From an uncultured Gammaproteobacteria bacterium (GTDB taxonomy: Bacteria > Patescibacteriota > Microgenomatia > Levybacterales > UBA12049), in NCBI GenBank assembly GCA_964507055.1, contig CAZDOJ010000001.1:593313-657312 (forward strand): 64,000 nt of DNA, read 5' to 3'. Numbering within the stretch: the first letter of the stretch is position 1; each line of letters opens with the position of its first letter. Below the pieces are notes generated by a model that was given only the letters and a program-made list of their open reading frames with translations, searched no databases and had not been told where the DNA came from. The position numbers were made by a program, and so were the translations under genes. This document shows positions 1 to 9,602 of the stretch, piece after piece.

Positions 1-272
1 TTTGTTTCATCACTATTTGTGAGGAAGAGAATGTGCTTTGCAGGTTTTTTGAGGAATGTCTTAACTTGATCCATGATCTGCACTCCAGTCATAATTGGCA
101 AAAGTACATCCAAAAGAATTAAATCCCATCCGCCAATCTTGATCTTATCAAGGGCCTCTTTACCATCTGCGGCTGTAGCGACATCATACCCAGCACTAGT
201 AAGTGTTTCATGATAAATATCACGCAAGAACATATCATCTTCTACTAAAAGTATTTTCGTTTTATTATCCAT
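1..272 (-). CDS. Response regulator receiver (REC) domain protein, 5' portion only (gene continues past the window start). Translates as MDNKTKILLVEDDMFLRDIYHETLTSAGYDVATAADGKEALDKI...DLILLDVLLPIMTGV
   Basis: Manual translation of the reverse complement from ATG at 272. It shows a CheY-like fold signature: acidic pocket DD, phospho-acceptor D in LILLD, and the T/K region. Confidence 0.6.
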   Translation of the reverse strand, partial: MDNKTKILLVEDDMFLRDIYHETLTSAGYDVATAADGKEALDKIKIGGWDLILLDVLLPIMTGVQIMDQVKTFLKKPAKHILFLTNSDET

Positions 273-309
273 AATTCTATTCTATCAATAATCTCTTCAA
301 AACAAAAGA

Positions 310-330
310 AAACCACCGCTGGGTGGTTTT
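310..330 (-). terminator. Rho-independent terminator downstream of pilin copy A (stem ccacc/ggtgg, loop gctg, U-run on the minus strand)
   Basis: Inverted repeat aaccaccgctgggtggttttt read directly. It lies just 3' of the minus-strand pilin stop at 353. Confidence 0.5.
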
Positions 331-352
331 TCAAATTCTATGCATATTAGTG

Positions 353-835
353 TTATCGAGTTACCTGGATTGGAGGAGTATATGCACTTGGTGCTGATAC
401 AGTAATTCTATTATTAGTATCTCGTGTTATTGTATAGCCTGTGTTCCATGAGCCTGCACATTCGCCAGCCTCGACACCTGCTTGGTCATTGAGAGTTGGA
501 TCCATTGGAAGTGCTGGCATATAACTTGGTACTAACTGTGCACACAATGCACCTAATGTAGCACCACTTTGTAATGGGGTCGCTGTATCGACTGTCAAAG
601 CTTGCACTGTCGCAGGAAGTTGACCTGTATTGGATGCAGTGTATTGTCCAATTGCATTGAGGACTTGTGTCACATCACTTCTTCGTTTTGTGTCATTTGC
701 TTGTCCAAATTGTCTTGCTGGATTGATAGCGATAAGTGTAATTGCAAGAAGAATTGCGAGAATACCGATAACTACGAGCAATTCGATGAGGGTGAAACCT
801 TTTTGATCTTTATTAAATATTTGTCGGACAGTCAT
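353..835 (-). CDS. Type IV pilin, major-pilin candidate (copy A), with a prepilin N-terminal cleavage/methylation motif
   Basis: N-terminus MTVRQIFNKDQKGFTLIELLVVIGILAILLAI carries the class III signal (G|FTLIE). A hydrophobic alpha1 helix follows, and the C-terminal region has two Cys (D-region-like disulfide). Confidence 0.8.
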   Translation of the reverse strand: MTVRQIFNKDQKGFTLIELLVVIGILAILLAITLIAINPARQFGQANDTKRRSDVTQVLNAIGQYTASNTGQLPATVQALTVDTATPLQSGATLGALCAQLVPSYMPALPMDPTLNDQAGVEAGECAGSWNTGYTITRDTNNRITVSAPSAYTPPIQVTR

Positions 836-1000
836 GTTTTGTTTTGATTAGAATTAATCTTGATCTGTATCTATTATTGTCAGAGACTCTATATCCTGTC
901 AATATGTCTTAATAGGCCTAAAATGTAATCAAATAGATCAGTTTTATTTTTATTAAGACTTCTGAAGCTATAAGAACTATCCCTATTATAATGATCTATT

Positions 1001-1324
1001 TTGATCGTCTTGACACAGACTCAGCTTTTCATTCAATATAGATATATAATGTTAAAACCTACGAAACATCACGAGCCACTTAGTAGTGCAAAGGCAATTA
1101 TCGGACTCCTCGTTCTTGGTATAGCATTTGTACTCTTTTATAAGTTTATTACGAATCAAGAATTCTTCTTTGATGATCCAGAAGCACTCCGTAATTATGT
1201 AATCTTTACCATTACAGTTAGTGGATTCTTAATCGGTCTTCTCTATCTTACAAGTCAGACAAAACATAAAGCGAAAACAAAAGCTGCTCCAAAAACGAAA
1301 GCTGCAAAAAAGAAGAAAAAATAA
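1001..1324 (+). CDS. Hypothetical small membrane protein with a lysine-rich C-terminal tail (a likely true start is the internal MLKPTK at 1049)
   Basis: ORF with two predicted TM helices and a KAKTKAAPKTKAAKKKKK tail. It is the only plus-strand ORF inside the minus-strand pilus locus, so its coding status is uncertain. Confidence 0.35.
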   Translation: MIVLTQTQLFIQYRYIMLKPTKHHEPLSSAKAIIGLLVLGIAFVLFYKFITNQEFFFDDPEALRNYVIFTITVSGFLIGLLYLTSQTKHKAKTKAAPKTKAAKKKKK

Positions 1325-1347
1325 ACCTTCTTTCCTCAATAAACTCT

Positions 1348-1971
1348 TTATTCCCTTATCATTGCAACAACTCGTACTGGAGCTCCATCTGCTTTCAATT
1401 TTACTGGTAGAGCAATTACTTCAAATGAATCATGCGTTAGCAAACTTCCAAGATTTGTGAGATTCTCTACTATATAAATTTCGTTGGTCAAAAGAATTTT
1501 GTGGACAATCCATGGTTCATTTGCATCCGGTCCTGACATATCCATCCCAATTCCTTTTACATTATGTTCCACCATTATACGTGCGAAATCCTCCGCAATA
1601 ATTGGTGTTTTATGGAAGTATTCTTCTATACCGTATTTTTCTCCAAAACCTGTGTAGAGAAGAACTATAGTATCTGATGATAGTTCTTTGTTACTTAATA
1701 CAGACCCATCAATAATATCTTTACCGCGTACGTCGATAAGTATGCCTTTTCCTATAAATTTTTCTATAGGAAGAGCATCAATTGTCTTCCCTCCTTCAAT
1801 CATATGCAATGGAGCATCCATATGGGTACCCACGTGCATTACGGTAGTCAATTTATGATCATTGAAAGAATCATTATCTATGTGAGCGACTTGTTCCAAA
1901 GTAGCCGTAGGATCTCCTGGAAAAGAAGGCATACTATCAGTAAATGTATGCGTTAAGTCAATAATTGTCAT
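1348..1971 (-). CDS. Cyclase-family protein (kynurenine formamidase / arylformamidase-like)
   Basis: Contains the cyclase-family metal-binding motif HxGTHxDxPxH (HVGTHMDAPLH). Length is 207 aa. Confidence 0.7.
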   Translation of the reverse strand: MTIIDLTHTFTDSMPSFPGDPTATLEQVAHIDNDSFNDHKLTTVMHVGTHMDAPLHMIEGGKTIDALPIEKFIGKGILIDVRGKDIIDGSVLSNKELSSDTIVLLYTGFGEKYGIEEYFHKTPIIAEDFARIMVEHNVKGIGMDMSGPDANEPWIVHKILLTNEIYIVENLTNLGSLLTHDSFEVIALPVKLKADGAPVRVVAMIRE

Positions 1972-2016
1972 AAAAAAAAGTATAACAAATGATTATGAGA
2001 GATTTGTAAAGAAGAC

Positions 2017-2493
2017 TTAGCGAGTTACTTGGATTGGGCCAGAGTAAGCACTTGGTGCTGATACTGTAATTCTATTATTTGCGTCTTTTGCAATCGTGTA
2101 ACCAGTATTCCAAGCTCCAGCACAATCTGCTGCTTCAACTCCTGCTTGATCATTCAATGAAGGATCCATTGGAAGTGCTGGCATATAACTTGGTACTAAC
2201 TGTGCACAAAGATTTGGGAAAGAAGTACTATTTAGATTAGCTGATCCACTTGCGAGAGCTTGGACTTCTGGAGGCAGTTGACCTGTATTGGATGCTGTAT
2301 ATTGTCCAATAGCATTGAGAACTTGTGTCACATCACTTCTTCGCTTTGTGTCATTTGCTTGTCCAAATTGTCTTGCTGGATTGATAGCGATAAGTGTAAT
2401 TGCAAGAAGAATTGCGAGAATACCGATAACTACGAGTAATTCGATGAGGGTAAAACCTTTTTGATCTTTATTAAATATTTGTCGGACAGTCAT
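2017..2493 (-). CDS. Type IV pilin paralog (copy B). The N-terminal 74 aa are identical to copy A, the core is divergent, and the C-terminus is conserved.
   Basis: MTVRQIFNKDQKGFTLIELLVVIG... is identical to copy A through ...SNTGQLP, then diverges. The C-terminal motif LCAQLVPSYMPALPMDP...NNRITVSAPSAY is conserved. Confidence 0.8.
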   Translation of the reverse strand: MTVRQIFNKDQKGFTLIELLVVIGILAILLAITLIAINPARQFGQANDTKRRSDVTQVLNAIGQYTASNTGQLPPEVQALASGSANLNSTSFPNLCAQLVPSYMPALPMDPSLNDQAGVEAADCAGAWNTGYTIAKDANNRITVSAPSAYSGPIQVTR

Positions 2494-2595
2494 GTTCTTT
2501 TTTGATCAATGTAATCTTGATCTGTATTCATTATTGCTGGTTTACTCAACCATTGTCAATAGAGCAAAAAACGAAAAATATTCGAATAGATGTGG

Positions 2596-3735
2596 CTATT
2601 TCCCGAGCACTATTGAAACATCAATTGTTCCCTCTTGTCTCTCCTGTACAGTTACATCAGGTTTTATTTTGCGGACTTCATCAAGAACTGCATTGCGTGC
2701 TGTTTGACTCACTGCTCCTGAGAAAGAAACTATTGTACTTGTTGTCGACACACCAGTCTTTACCTGTGTTGTAACTGACTTAAACTCATATGCTTCAAGC
2801 GATGTTCGTAAAGCTTGAGAAGAACTTGATGCTGAAGCACTAACAATTTGTACTGAAAAATCGTCGAATCGAGCTGCTTCTTCAGTGGGTGAAACAGGTG
2901 CAACAGTATTTGCTACTTGGGGCATAACCGTCGGTTGCGTGGATGATTGCGGTGATGGAGCTGGTTGTATACTCTGCATATACACAAGTATCAATACAAC
3001 AACTAAGATTACAAAAATACCTATCATTGCAATTAATCGTTTCTTATTTGTCTTTGGAGGTTCCTTTCCTAATTCTTCCTGAACCACATCAACAGAATCA
3101 TCGCTTTCTGCTTTTTTTTGTGGTGTAAAAGCGGTTTGTGTTTTAATGTCATATTGCTTTAATCCAGCGGCTTTCTGCAATGTAGCATTTACCATACCGA
3201 GGTCCATTACAGGCTTTGAGCTTAAACCATTACCGAGAACCATTCCGGGAAATACTGAGGAAACAGTAAAGCCAAGTTTCTCAAATCCCTTTTCTATGCT
3301 GGTATACAAATCTTGGTTTACTGCACAAACACGTATACCATTTTTGAGAGGAAACGTCCGACTAACAACATTTTCATATGGGACATGTTCAATAAAAAGA
3401 TCAATCTGTGGTTTAAGGTCCTCAAGCGTAACTTTTGGTGTAACTGGGGTCGCGGGCTGTCCAGGTTTTGTAGGTTGTGATGCAGGTTGACTTGGGATAA
3501 CAAAATCTTTGACAAAATATGCATTGTCACTGAGAACAATAATAAAATTAATCGGAGCAATTTTACCATTTGTCACAAAAATCTTTATTTGGTCTTGCAA
3601 GGCATCATCATCAAGAACATCTAAATCACGTACAATATTAGGAGGGAAACGATATTCCACAACAGAACGCAAATACGGTGAATATAGTTGAAATTTATCT
3701 TTTTGTACGTAGATTACTCCTGTTTTTACTGTCAT
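2596..3735 (-). CDS. Pilus-assembly-associated bitopic membrane protein (PilM/PilN/PilO-like role inferred from context only)
   Basis: 379 aa with a roughly 215-aa cytoplasmic N-domain, a single TM (LIAMIGIFVILVVVLILVY) and a Pro/Thr-rich extracytoplasmic C-domain. It is tightly packed in the pilus operon. Confidence 0.45.
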   Translation of the reverse strand: MTVKTGVIYVQKDKFQLYSPYLRSVVEYRFPPNIVRDLDVLDDDALQDQIKIFVTNGKIAPINFIIVLSDNAYFVKDFVIPSQPASQPTKPGQPATPVTPKVTLEDLKPQIDLFIEHVPYENVVSRTFPLKNGIRVCAVNQDLYTSIEKGFEKLGFTVSSVFPGMVLGNGLSSKPVMDLGMVNATLQKAAGLKQYDIKTQTAFTPQKKAESDDSVDVVQEELGKEPPKTNKKRLIAMIGIFVILVVVLILVYMQSIQPAPSPQSSTQPTVMPQVANTVAPVSPTEEAARFDDFSVQIVSASASSSSQALRTSLEAYEFKSVTTQVKTGVSTTSTIVSFSGAVSQTARNAVLDEVRKIKPDVTVQERQEGTIDVSIVLGK

Positions 3736-3736
3736 A

Positions 3737-4165
3737 TTAAAAAACTTCTCTTTCCGATGTAACCGTCAATAAATTATTAACATAAGTTGCTTGAACTTCA
3801 ACAGTCCTTTTATAGTTACCAACCGTTCCTGTTGATGTAATTATATAGGGACTCACTGAGGTACCATTCCCTCCTACCACTATAACTGCTTCTCCTTGCC
3901 CAATTGTCAAAGTCTCACCTGCGTAAGAAGGTGGTGGAGTTCTCAGAACTCTTAATAATGCGTTTTCAGATCCACTCTGTGCTACTTGATACGCAAGTTC
4001 TCCTTGTTGCTGCCGTGTTCCGCTATTGGAATTTACCAAAATCATAACGATTGCCGCTGAAGTAATCGTCAACCCAATAATCATAAAGAACAATAGCGTG
4101 ATGAGTGCCTGTCCCTTTTGATATGAGAAAGATACATAATTTATTTGTCTATCAATTCTCATCAT
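3737..4165 (-). CDS. Minor pilin / pseudopilin-like protein lacking Glu5 (PilX/GspK-like)
   Basis: N-terminus ...QKGQALITLLFFMIIGLTITSAAIV has a prepilin-like G|Q cleavage context followed by a hydrophobic helix. It is 142 aa. Its stop overlaps the start of the next gene. Confidence 0.5.
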   Translation of the reverse strand: MMRIDRQINYVSFSYQKGQALITLLFFMIIGLTITSAAIVMILVNSNSGTRQQQGELAYQVAQSGSENALLRVLRTPPPSYAGETLTIGQGEAVIVVGGNGTSVSPYIITSTGTVGNYKRTVEVQATYVNNLLTVTSEREVF

Positions 4166-4716
4166 TATTGTCTAGCTAAAGTTGTTTGGAATGATCTCGA
4201 TTCATCTCCTGACGGTTGTTGGATTCTACTAACGACAGTGAAGTTTACTCGAATCGTATCGTTATTCGTTCCCGCCCCAATTCTTTGGAACGTCAAGCCA
4301 GTAAGATATGAATTTACACCATTTAGGACATTCACTTCTCCGGTAGTGCCATTGGTCAAACGGAGATTGCCATTACCGTCTAGGCTATATGTATAGTTTA
4401 TAGAATTTACCCGTATTTGCAAAGTGGAGGTCTGAGATCCCGGAGATGCTGGAATTACGATAGCATCATTTGTATTAATTGATTTCATATCATAAAACAT
4501 CTTTCCCATGATATATCTGCCATCTTGATCAACGGTTGATGTAGCTTCAGATTCTAATTGTACTTCAACTATCTGTCCAAACATCGTACTCATGATGCCA
4601 ACAAGGATAGAGAGGATCCCGACATAGAGTACAAGTTCAATAAGCGTAAACCCTTTTTGTCGTTTCTTCCGAGCAGCCTTTGCAGCAAAAAACTTCTGAA
4701 AAAATTTCATATCCAT
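4165..4716 (-). CDS. Pseudopilin / minor pilin with a prepilin-type N-terminal cleavage/methylation domain
   Basis: KKRQKGFTLIELVLYVGILSILV carries the canonical G|FTLIE motif. It is 183 aa. Confidence 0.7.
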   Translation of the reverse strand: MDMKFFQKFFAAKAARKKRQKGFTLIELVLYVGILSILVGIMSTMFGQIVEVQLESEATSTVDQDGRYIMGKMFYDMKSINTNDAIVIPASPGSQTSTLQIRVNSINYTYSLDGNGNLRLTNGTTGEVNVLNGVNSYLTGLTFQRIGAGTNNDTIRVNFTVVSRIQQPSGDESRSFQTTLARQ

Positions 4717-4772
4717 ACCAAGCGTACCTATTTAAAGATTTATATTCAAGAGGAAATCTAATGAAGAGTAAA

Positions 4773-6560
4773 CTACGATCCGCCTGAGCCACTACCTGAA
4801 TTGCCTGATTGATTTTCTTGTAAGGCTTTAATCAAAGTGGAGATATCTGATGTTAGGATATCGTATCCTTCTTTTGTTATGCTTTTCCCTTTTTGTTTAT
4901 TTAGTTCTAATTGCATCGCTTTCAAGGTGGCAACTGCAAGTTTATTTCCTAAAGGCTGCTTATTACTTAGTGTTGCTTTTTCAGCAAGCTCAGTTTGGAG
5001 TAAAAAAGCAGTATAGAAGATGACATTTTTAATTTGTTTTTGTTTATAAAGTTGTTTAATATCATTTTTAAGAAGAGCAAATGTTACTTCGCGAAAAAGT
5101 TCAGTCTTAATATTATTTATATTTCCTTTATCGTACCTGAGCTTATAAGAAGTCACCGCATCTGGAGTTAAAGTACCTGTGTAAGAAGCAGCTTTCATTT
5201 CTCCTTCTTTAGTAAAAATGTACTCATCCAGCTGAAAATTTGGATCTATTGAAGAATAAACTTCGACAGTATAGTTATCTGATTCAGGTTTTGCAAAATA
5301 GAATACTTTAACTGCTGAGGTATTTGTATTGAACGGTTCATCAATAACTTGTGCAGGACTATATTCCAAATAGCTTTCCCCATACGTCCTTCCATTATCG
5401 TCTCTTACTGTTACCTCTGCATCCTTATCTACCACATAGACAATATAGGAAAGATCCGTATGTGAAGGCTCATACCTTCGAACTGACGAAGCCTGATTTG
5501 CATATGATGCCAAGGTAGTTCTATTAAATAAAGGATCATTGATCTCAAAAGTATTACCTATTTTGCCTTTTGCAACTACAAAATGCATACCAGGAGCATC
5601 CACTTGTAATATATTAGGAATTCCTTGATTTAGATCATTTGTAACTTTATTAGTATCAAAATAGATATTAGAATCATATTCTAAAGCGTCATAGTTAAAA
5701 TTTGGATTCTGAACTCTAGATTCTTTAGCTAAACGTCCAAGAGTAGGCCATATAACTCCAAGATTACGATTATAGCCTTTATTATTTTTTAGCCATGTAT
5801 TCAAAGTACCTGGAGTAATCTCTGTTCCGTTTGGCAATTTATCTATTTTGTGATACTTCAGTACCATTGCAAGTGATGAGGTAGCGCAACCACACTGTGC
5901 CATAGTTCTGCCACAACCATATTGAATTTGATCCCCAGCAGCAAAGACATCACTCTCCCATATGGGATTATTATCGTTATATGGAGCAGTCCCTTGTTTA
6001 AATGAAGGTACATTTAAACTAATTCCACCAGAAGGCGGCGTAACAATAGGTTTAGGCGTTACTGATGGAGATATTGGATTAAAGTCGGTATCAATAGCTG
6101 TAGTTAAGAATGGTTCAATGTCATCATCTTTTGTTTTTGAAACTATATAGAGCGTATCTATTGTTTTATTATTTGCACATTTATTTATGAAAGTAAAGTT
6201 AATTATTTGACGGCCTTCTCGCTCATATACTGAAGGATCTAAAAGTTTTCGTATTTCTAATGGTGGAAGCTTCTTAGTATTACATTCAGAATCGAATATA
6301 AACTTTTTTCCTGTATATAGATTAGATATTTCAAGAATATCTCCTACACTATTATTGCCAGGGATATGCGGATCATTATTAACAAAAACATATATATTTT
6401 CCGGTGGATTGTTAACATTTACACTAACTGTAGCTATTGTCTCTGCTGGTGTATTTTCAGGGATACTGAAACTACTTATAACACTGGCAAGACCAGTGGC
6501 ATATGCTGTAGAGTAAGCTGAAAAGAATACTAAAAGAAAGAAAATAAATAATTTAAGCAT
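4773..6560 (-). CDS. Secreted multi-domain protein with a C39-like (Peptidase_C39_2-type) papain-fold cysteine peptidase domain
   Basis: Has a signal peptide (MLKLFIFFLLVFFSAYSTAYA). The motif QYGCGRTMAQCGCATSSLAMVL supplies the Cys, and a downstream PGMHFVVAKG supplies the His, as expected for C39_2. The C-terminus has a Gly/Ser-rich tail. Confidence 0.6.
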   Translation of the reverse strand: MLKLFIFFLLVFFSAYSTAYATGLASVISSFSIPENTPAETIATVSVNVNNPPENIYVFVNNDPHIPGNNSVGDILEISNLYTGKKFIFDSECNTKKLPPLEIRKLLDPSVYEREGRQIINFTFINKCANNKTIDTLYIVSKTKDDDIEPFLTTAIDTDFNPISPSVTPKPIVTPPSGGISLNVPSFKQGTAPYNDNNPIWESDVFAAGDQIQYGCGRTMAQCGCATSSLAMVLKYHKIDKLPNGTEITPGTLNTWLKNNKGYNRNLGVIWPTLGRLAKESRVQNPNFNYDALEYDSNIYFDTNKVTNDLNQGIPNILQVDAPGMHFVVAKGKIGNTFEINDPLFNRTTLASYANQASSVRRYEPSHTDLSYIVYVVDKDAEVTVRDDNGRTYGESYLEYSPAQVIDEPFNTNTSAVKVFYFAKPESDNYTVEVYSSIDPNFQLDEYIFTKEGEMKAASYTGTLTPDAVTSYKLRYDKGNINNIKTELFREVTFALLKNDIKQLYKQKQIKNVIFYTAFLLQTELAEKATLSNKQPLGNKLAVATLKAMQLELNKQKGKSITKEGYDILTSDISTLIKALQENQSGNSGSGSGGS

Positions 6561-6614
6561 ACTTAATATATTATTATTATACTAATGTATTCTTATATTA
6601 TATGTCAATAACTT

Positions 6615-9092
6615 TTATTGTGAGTAATTCCAAGTAATATCTTGTAAGACAGGAGTTACTGTTTGATCTGTTAAAGACTCAAGTGTCACTTTATATCTAA
6701 AACAGCGCTCTGGATTAACAAAGGCCCCACTCATAAAGCTTCCAAATGGTATTTTATCAGAAATAACTGTTGTTACAGGAGTATAATAAGAAGTGTCACT
6801 CCCATCCGGCCCAATATATGTGTAACCCGAAGTTGGACAACTACCATTGGATAGTCCTTTTAACCCTACTTGAATTTTAACAGATGTATTTGTAGGCTGT
6901 ATAATATTCGCAAGCAGTCGATTAAATGCTCTTAAAATTGTGCTTGGCTCCACCGAAGCCGTATCAAATACCTGAGATTCAAACGTCCCACTTGGCATAA
7001 AAATTGCATTGTCCGGTCCACCTTGGATAATCTTTAACTCATTTGCAGTCGTATTTGCTACCATATATACATAGTTATCATAATCCGCTTCAGATACTGA
7101 AGTCAGATCATTAAACCCTTGATTGAAATCTACCCCTGAACAATACGTTGGTGTCGCCTCTGTCTCAGTATTGAGAACCTGATATTCTTGAGCATTTCCT
7201 CCACCAGATATACCATCTTTTCCTACCAGTACAGCACGTTGCCCATTAAGTACAGTCAGAGATCGCCGTGGATATAATTCTGAAGCACCAGAAGGTGCAG
7301 GGGAAGCTCCATTATAAAAACCTGACGAAGGTGTGCTGCTTCCTGTAAGAAATGTTGGCGAAGTTTTAGAAGTTGTGTTAAGGATATAAAATTGCTTACT
7401 ATCACTTCCTCCATTTGAGGAAATATATGCCCTACTACCATCTGCATTGGAGAATACTGAATTAGAGGCTTCTTCTGTACCTGATCCTGTATTAAAATCT
7501 TTACTCCCGCTTACTTTCCATGCTGTTGCTCCACCAGAAATACGTCCACAACTATTTCCGGTTAAGGAACTTCCACTTGTAGGTGCTGTCGTTACGTTGA
7601 CGATCTCAAATTCAGGATTTGTTACGCCTCCCACAGCGACATACACATATGTATTGTTTCCAACTTTAACTGGAAAAATATCATTTGTGGCAAGCAATTC
7701 AATGTTTCCTCCATCAGAACAATCGTTGTGGATTGGAGAGGTCGTATCTCCCCAAGAAGTTCCTGACTGTCCAGAATCATACTTCGCAGCTGTTCCTGGC
7801 GAACCTGGTCGACATTCATAACCATCAAGTTCGATCCTACAGCCGTACATATCAAGTCCATTTGATGTTGATTTACTATCGATATTTGCCAAATTAAACA
7901 CGTATAGATATCCACCTGAAGCAACATATCCACGATCCCCTAATACCGCGACGGATGAAGCACCATAACTATAAGGCGATTGATCATTACTGGAACTTGC
8001 AATACCGTTATATCTTCTAGTATTAAAAAAAGTTTTGTATTTATAGAGTTTATTAACTGGATCTTGATACTCTCCACTTGTTGTATTGTCATTGGCACTA
8101 TTCCCATCATTTACCCAAACAACAATAACTTCTTTATCAGGAAGATTTGTTCCGAGAATTGCATACGTGTTTCCACCAGAGGACTTATAATATTTCACAT
8201 CGGTTGTTGAAAAATTATTATCAAGTCCTGTACCTGATTGTGGAGCATATCCTGATGCATACTCTGAAGCATTCATCGTAAATTTGCCTCTTAGTGTTGT
8301 CGCAGGCGTGTCAGTATTTGCAGTTACATTTACATAAGCTAATTTTGCTGAGCTTGTAGCATAAGGTGCTGTTGCTACGAATACATCATTAGGTTGAGCC
8401 GTTGTAGCACTTGCCGTAGCAGCAACAGCAACAGGCGGTCCATCAGGCAAATCAATTGTAGCTTCTCCTCCTAAATCATTCAAAGCAAAGGCGGGCGTAC
8501 ACCATTTGGCTTTATTGTTATTTGCCAATTTTACTTCCCCACCGGAATCATTTGTCACTTGAATATTTACTCCAGTTCCTGCGTCAAATTGTGCTTTTGT
8601 TGTATGAGAGGCAGTAAGATTACTTGTTCTCGTCAAAAAGATTGTTGAGGTAATCGATGAAGGAATTGGTCTTGTCCAAGAAACAGTAATATCTGCTTTT
8701 CTAGTCGAGGGATCAAGTGTATTTCCTGCAGAAGTTGAAGCAATTGCTCCGGCTGATGTTCTATAAACACTTGATAAAATAACCTGTTGCGTAAATCCTG
8801 CAGAAGTTGAAGCAGAACCTGAGGATAATGACCATCTGTTACTGACAATCACAGGATGATAGGGAGATCCGATAGTTAAGCCTGAAAGTGTTGCCCAATC
8901 ACTATCTCTGACACTTTTGACGGCAGTTTCTGTTTCTTTCATCAGTGCAATTGCCTGGAGACGCTGCTCCTGCTGCGGTTTTCCATCACGTGACGCGAGA
9001 AGTCCTGAAACCAATCCTGGCAAGATAAGTGCTGCCAAACCAATGGTTAAAACCAACTCAATAAGTAATTGTCCTCGTTGCAATTTTTTCAT
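6615..9092 (-). CDS. Giant pilin-like protein (825 aa) with a prepilin-type N-terminus. It is a candidate tip adhesin or minor pilin.
   Basis: The N-terminus MKKLQRGQLLIELVLTIGLAALILPGL fits G|QLLIE with Glu5. The remainder is a large Ser/Thr/Gly/Asn-rich, beta-type region. Confidence 0.65.
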   Translation of the reverse strand: MKKLQRGQLLIELVLTIGLAALILPGLVSGLLASRDGKPQQEQRLQAIALMKETETAVKSVRDSDWATLSGLTIGSPYHPVIVSNRWSLSSGSASTSAGFTQQVILSSVYRTSAGAIASTSAGNTLDPSTRKADITVSWTRPIPSSITSTIFLTRTSNLTASHTTKAQFDAGTGVNIQVTNDSGGEVKLANNNKAKWCTPAFALNDLGGEATIDLPDGPPVAVAATASATTAQPNDVFVATAPYATSSAKLAYVNVTANTDTPATTLRGKFTMNASEYASGYAPQSGTGLDNNFSTTDVKYYKSSGGNTYAILGTNLPDKEVIVVWVNDGNSANDNTTSGEYQDPVNKLYKYKTFFNTRRYNGIASSSNDQSPYSYGASSVAVLGDRGYVASGGYLYVFNLANIDSKSTSNGLDMYGCRIELDGYECRPGSPGTAAKYDSGQSGTSWGDTTSPIHNDCSDGGNIELLATNDIFPVKVGNNTYVYVAVGGVTNPEFEIVNVTTAPTSGSSLTGNSCGRISGGATAWKVSGSKDFNTGSGTEEASNSVFSNADGSRAYISSNGGSDSKQFYILNTTSKTSPTFLTGSSTPSSGFYNGASPAPSGASELYPRRSLTVLNGQRAVLVGKDGISGGGNAQEYQVLNTETEATPTYCSGVDFNQGFNDLTSVSEADYDNYVYMVANTTANELKIIQGGPDNAIFMPSGTFESQVFDTASVEPSTILRAFNRLLANIIQPTNTSVKIQVGLKGLSNGSCPTSGYTYIGPDGSDTSYYTPVTTVISDKIPFGSFMSGAFVNPERCFRYKVTLESLTDQTVTPVLQDITWNYSQ

Positions 9093-9093
9093 A

Positions 9094-9594
9094 CTAATTT
9101 ATACTTGATATGACTCCATATCTATTTAATCGTATCACCTTTTGTTCATTCGTCATGCTATCGCGTACCGTAATAATAGCGGATGTACTTGCATAATTTG
9201 TGACTTCGCCGCTTCCTTTCGCAAATGTTATTGAAGAACTTGCTGAAGCAATAGTGATAGTCAAAGTATTTTGATATGTAACCGCAAAGTTAGCCGACGC
9301 ACTTGCAACATATGTACCTTTATATAAAATGTATCGATGATTTGTAGAATCAAAGCGGATACCATAATTATCAATTACGCCCGTACCACTTGTGTCACCT
9401 GTCATTGCTTTCGCCTGCTGATCTTTTAAATCTGCGACAAATGTATTAAAAGTCGAATTCAATTGGGATTTATTTTGAAAACTAAAAAGGTTTACTGTCG
9501 CGATGCTTGCTAGCACAGCAAAAATCGACATGACGAGAAGAAACTCAACAAGTGTAAATCCTTTTTGATTTGAATGATTGAAAAGATTTTTCAT
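9094..9594 (-). CDS. Pseudopilin (GspH/FimT-like) with a prepilin-type N-terminal domain
   Basis: NQKGFTLVEFLLVMSIFAVLASIA motif. It is 166 aa. Confidence 0.7.
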   Translation of the reverse strand: MKNLFNHSNQKGFTLVEFLLVMSIFAVLASIATVNLFSFQNKSQLNSTFNTFVADLKDQQAKAMTGDTSGTGVIDNYGIRFDSTNHRYILYKGTYVASASANFAVTYQNTLTITIASASSSITFAKGSGEVTNYASTSAIITVRDSMTNEQKVIRLNRYGVISSIN

Positions 9595-9602
9595 CGTACA
9601 TT

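Noticed and set aside
602-847. 81-aa plus-strand ORF entirely inside pilin copy A
   Set aside because: It is a shadow ORF on the opposite strand of a well-supported pilin gene, with a Cys-rich, low-complexity translation and no independent signal.
7447-7821. Several 60-124-aa ORFs antisense to the giant pilin gene (7256-7447, 7447-7821, 7622-7933, 7980-8210, 8633-8848)
   Set aside because: They are overlapping antisense ORFs inside an 825-aa coding sequence, typical of shadow frames, with no motifs.
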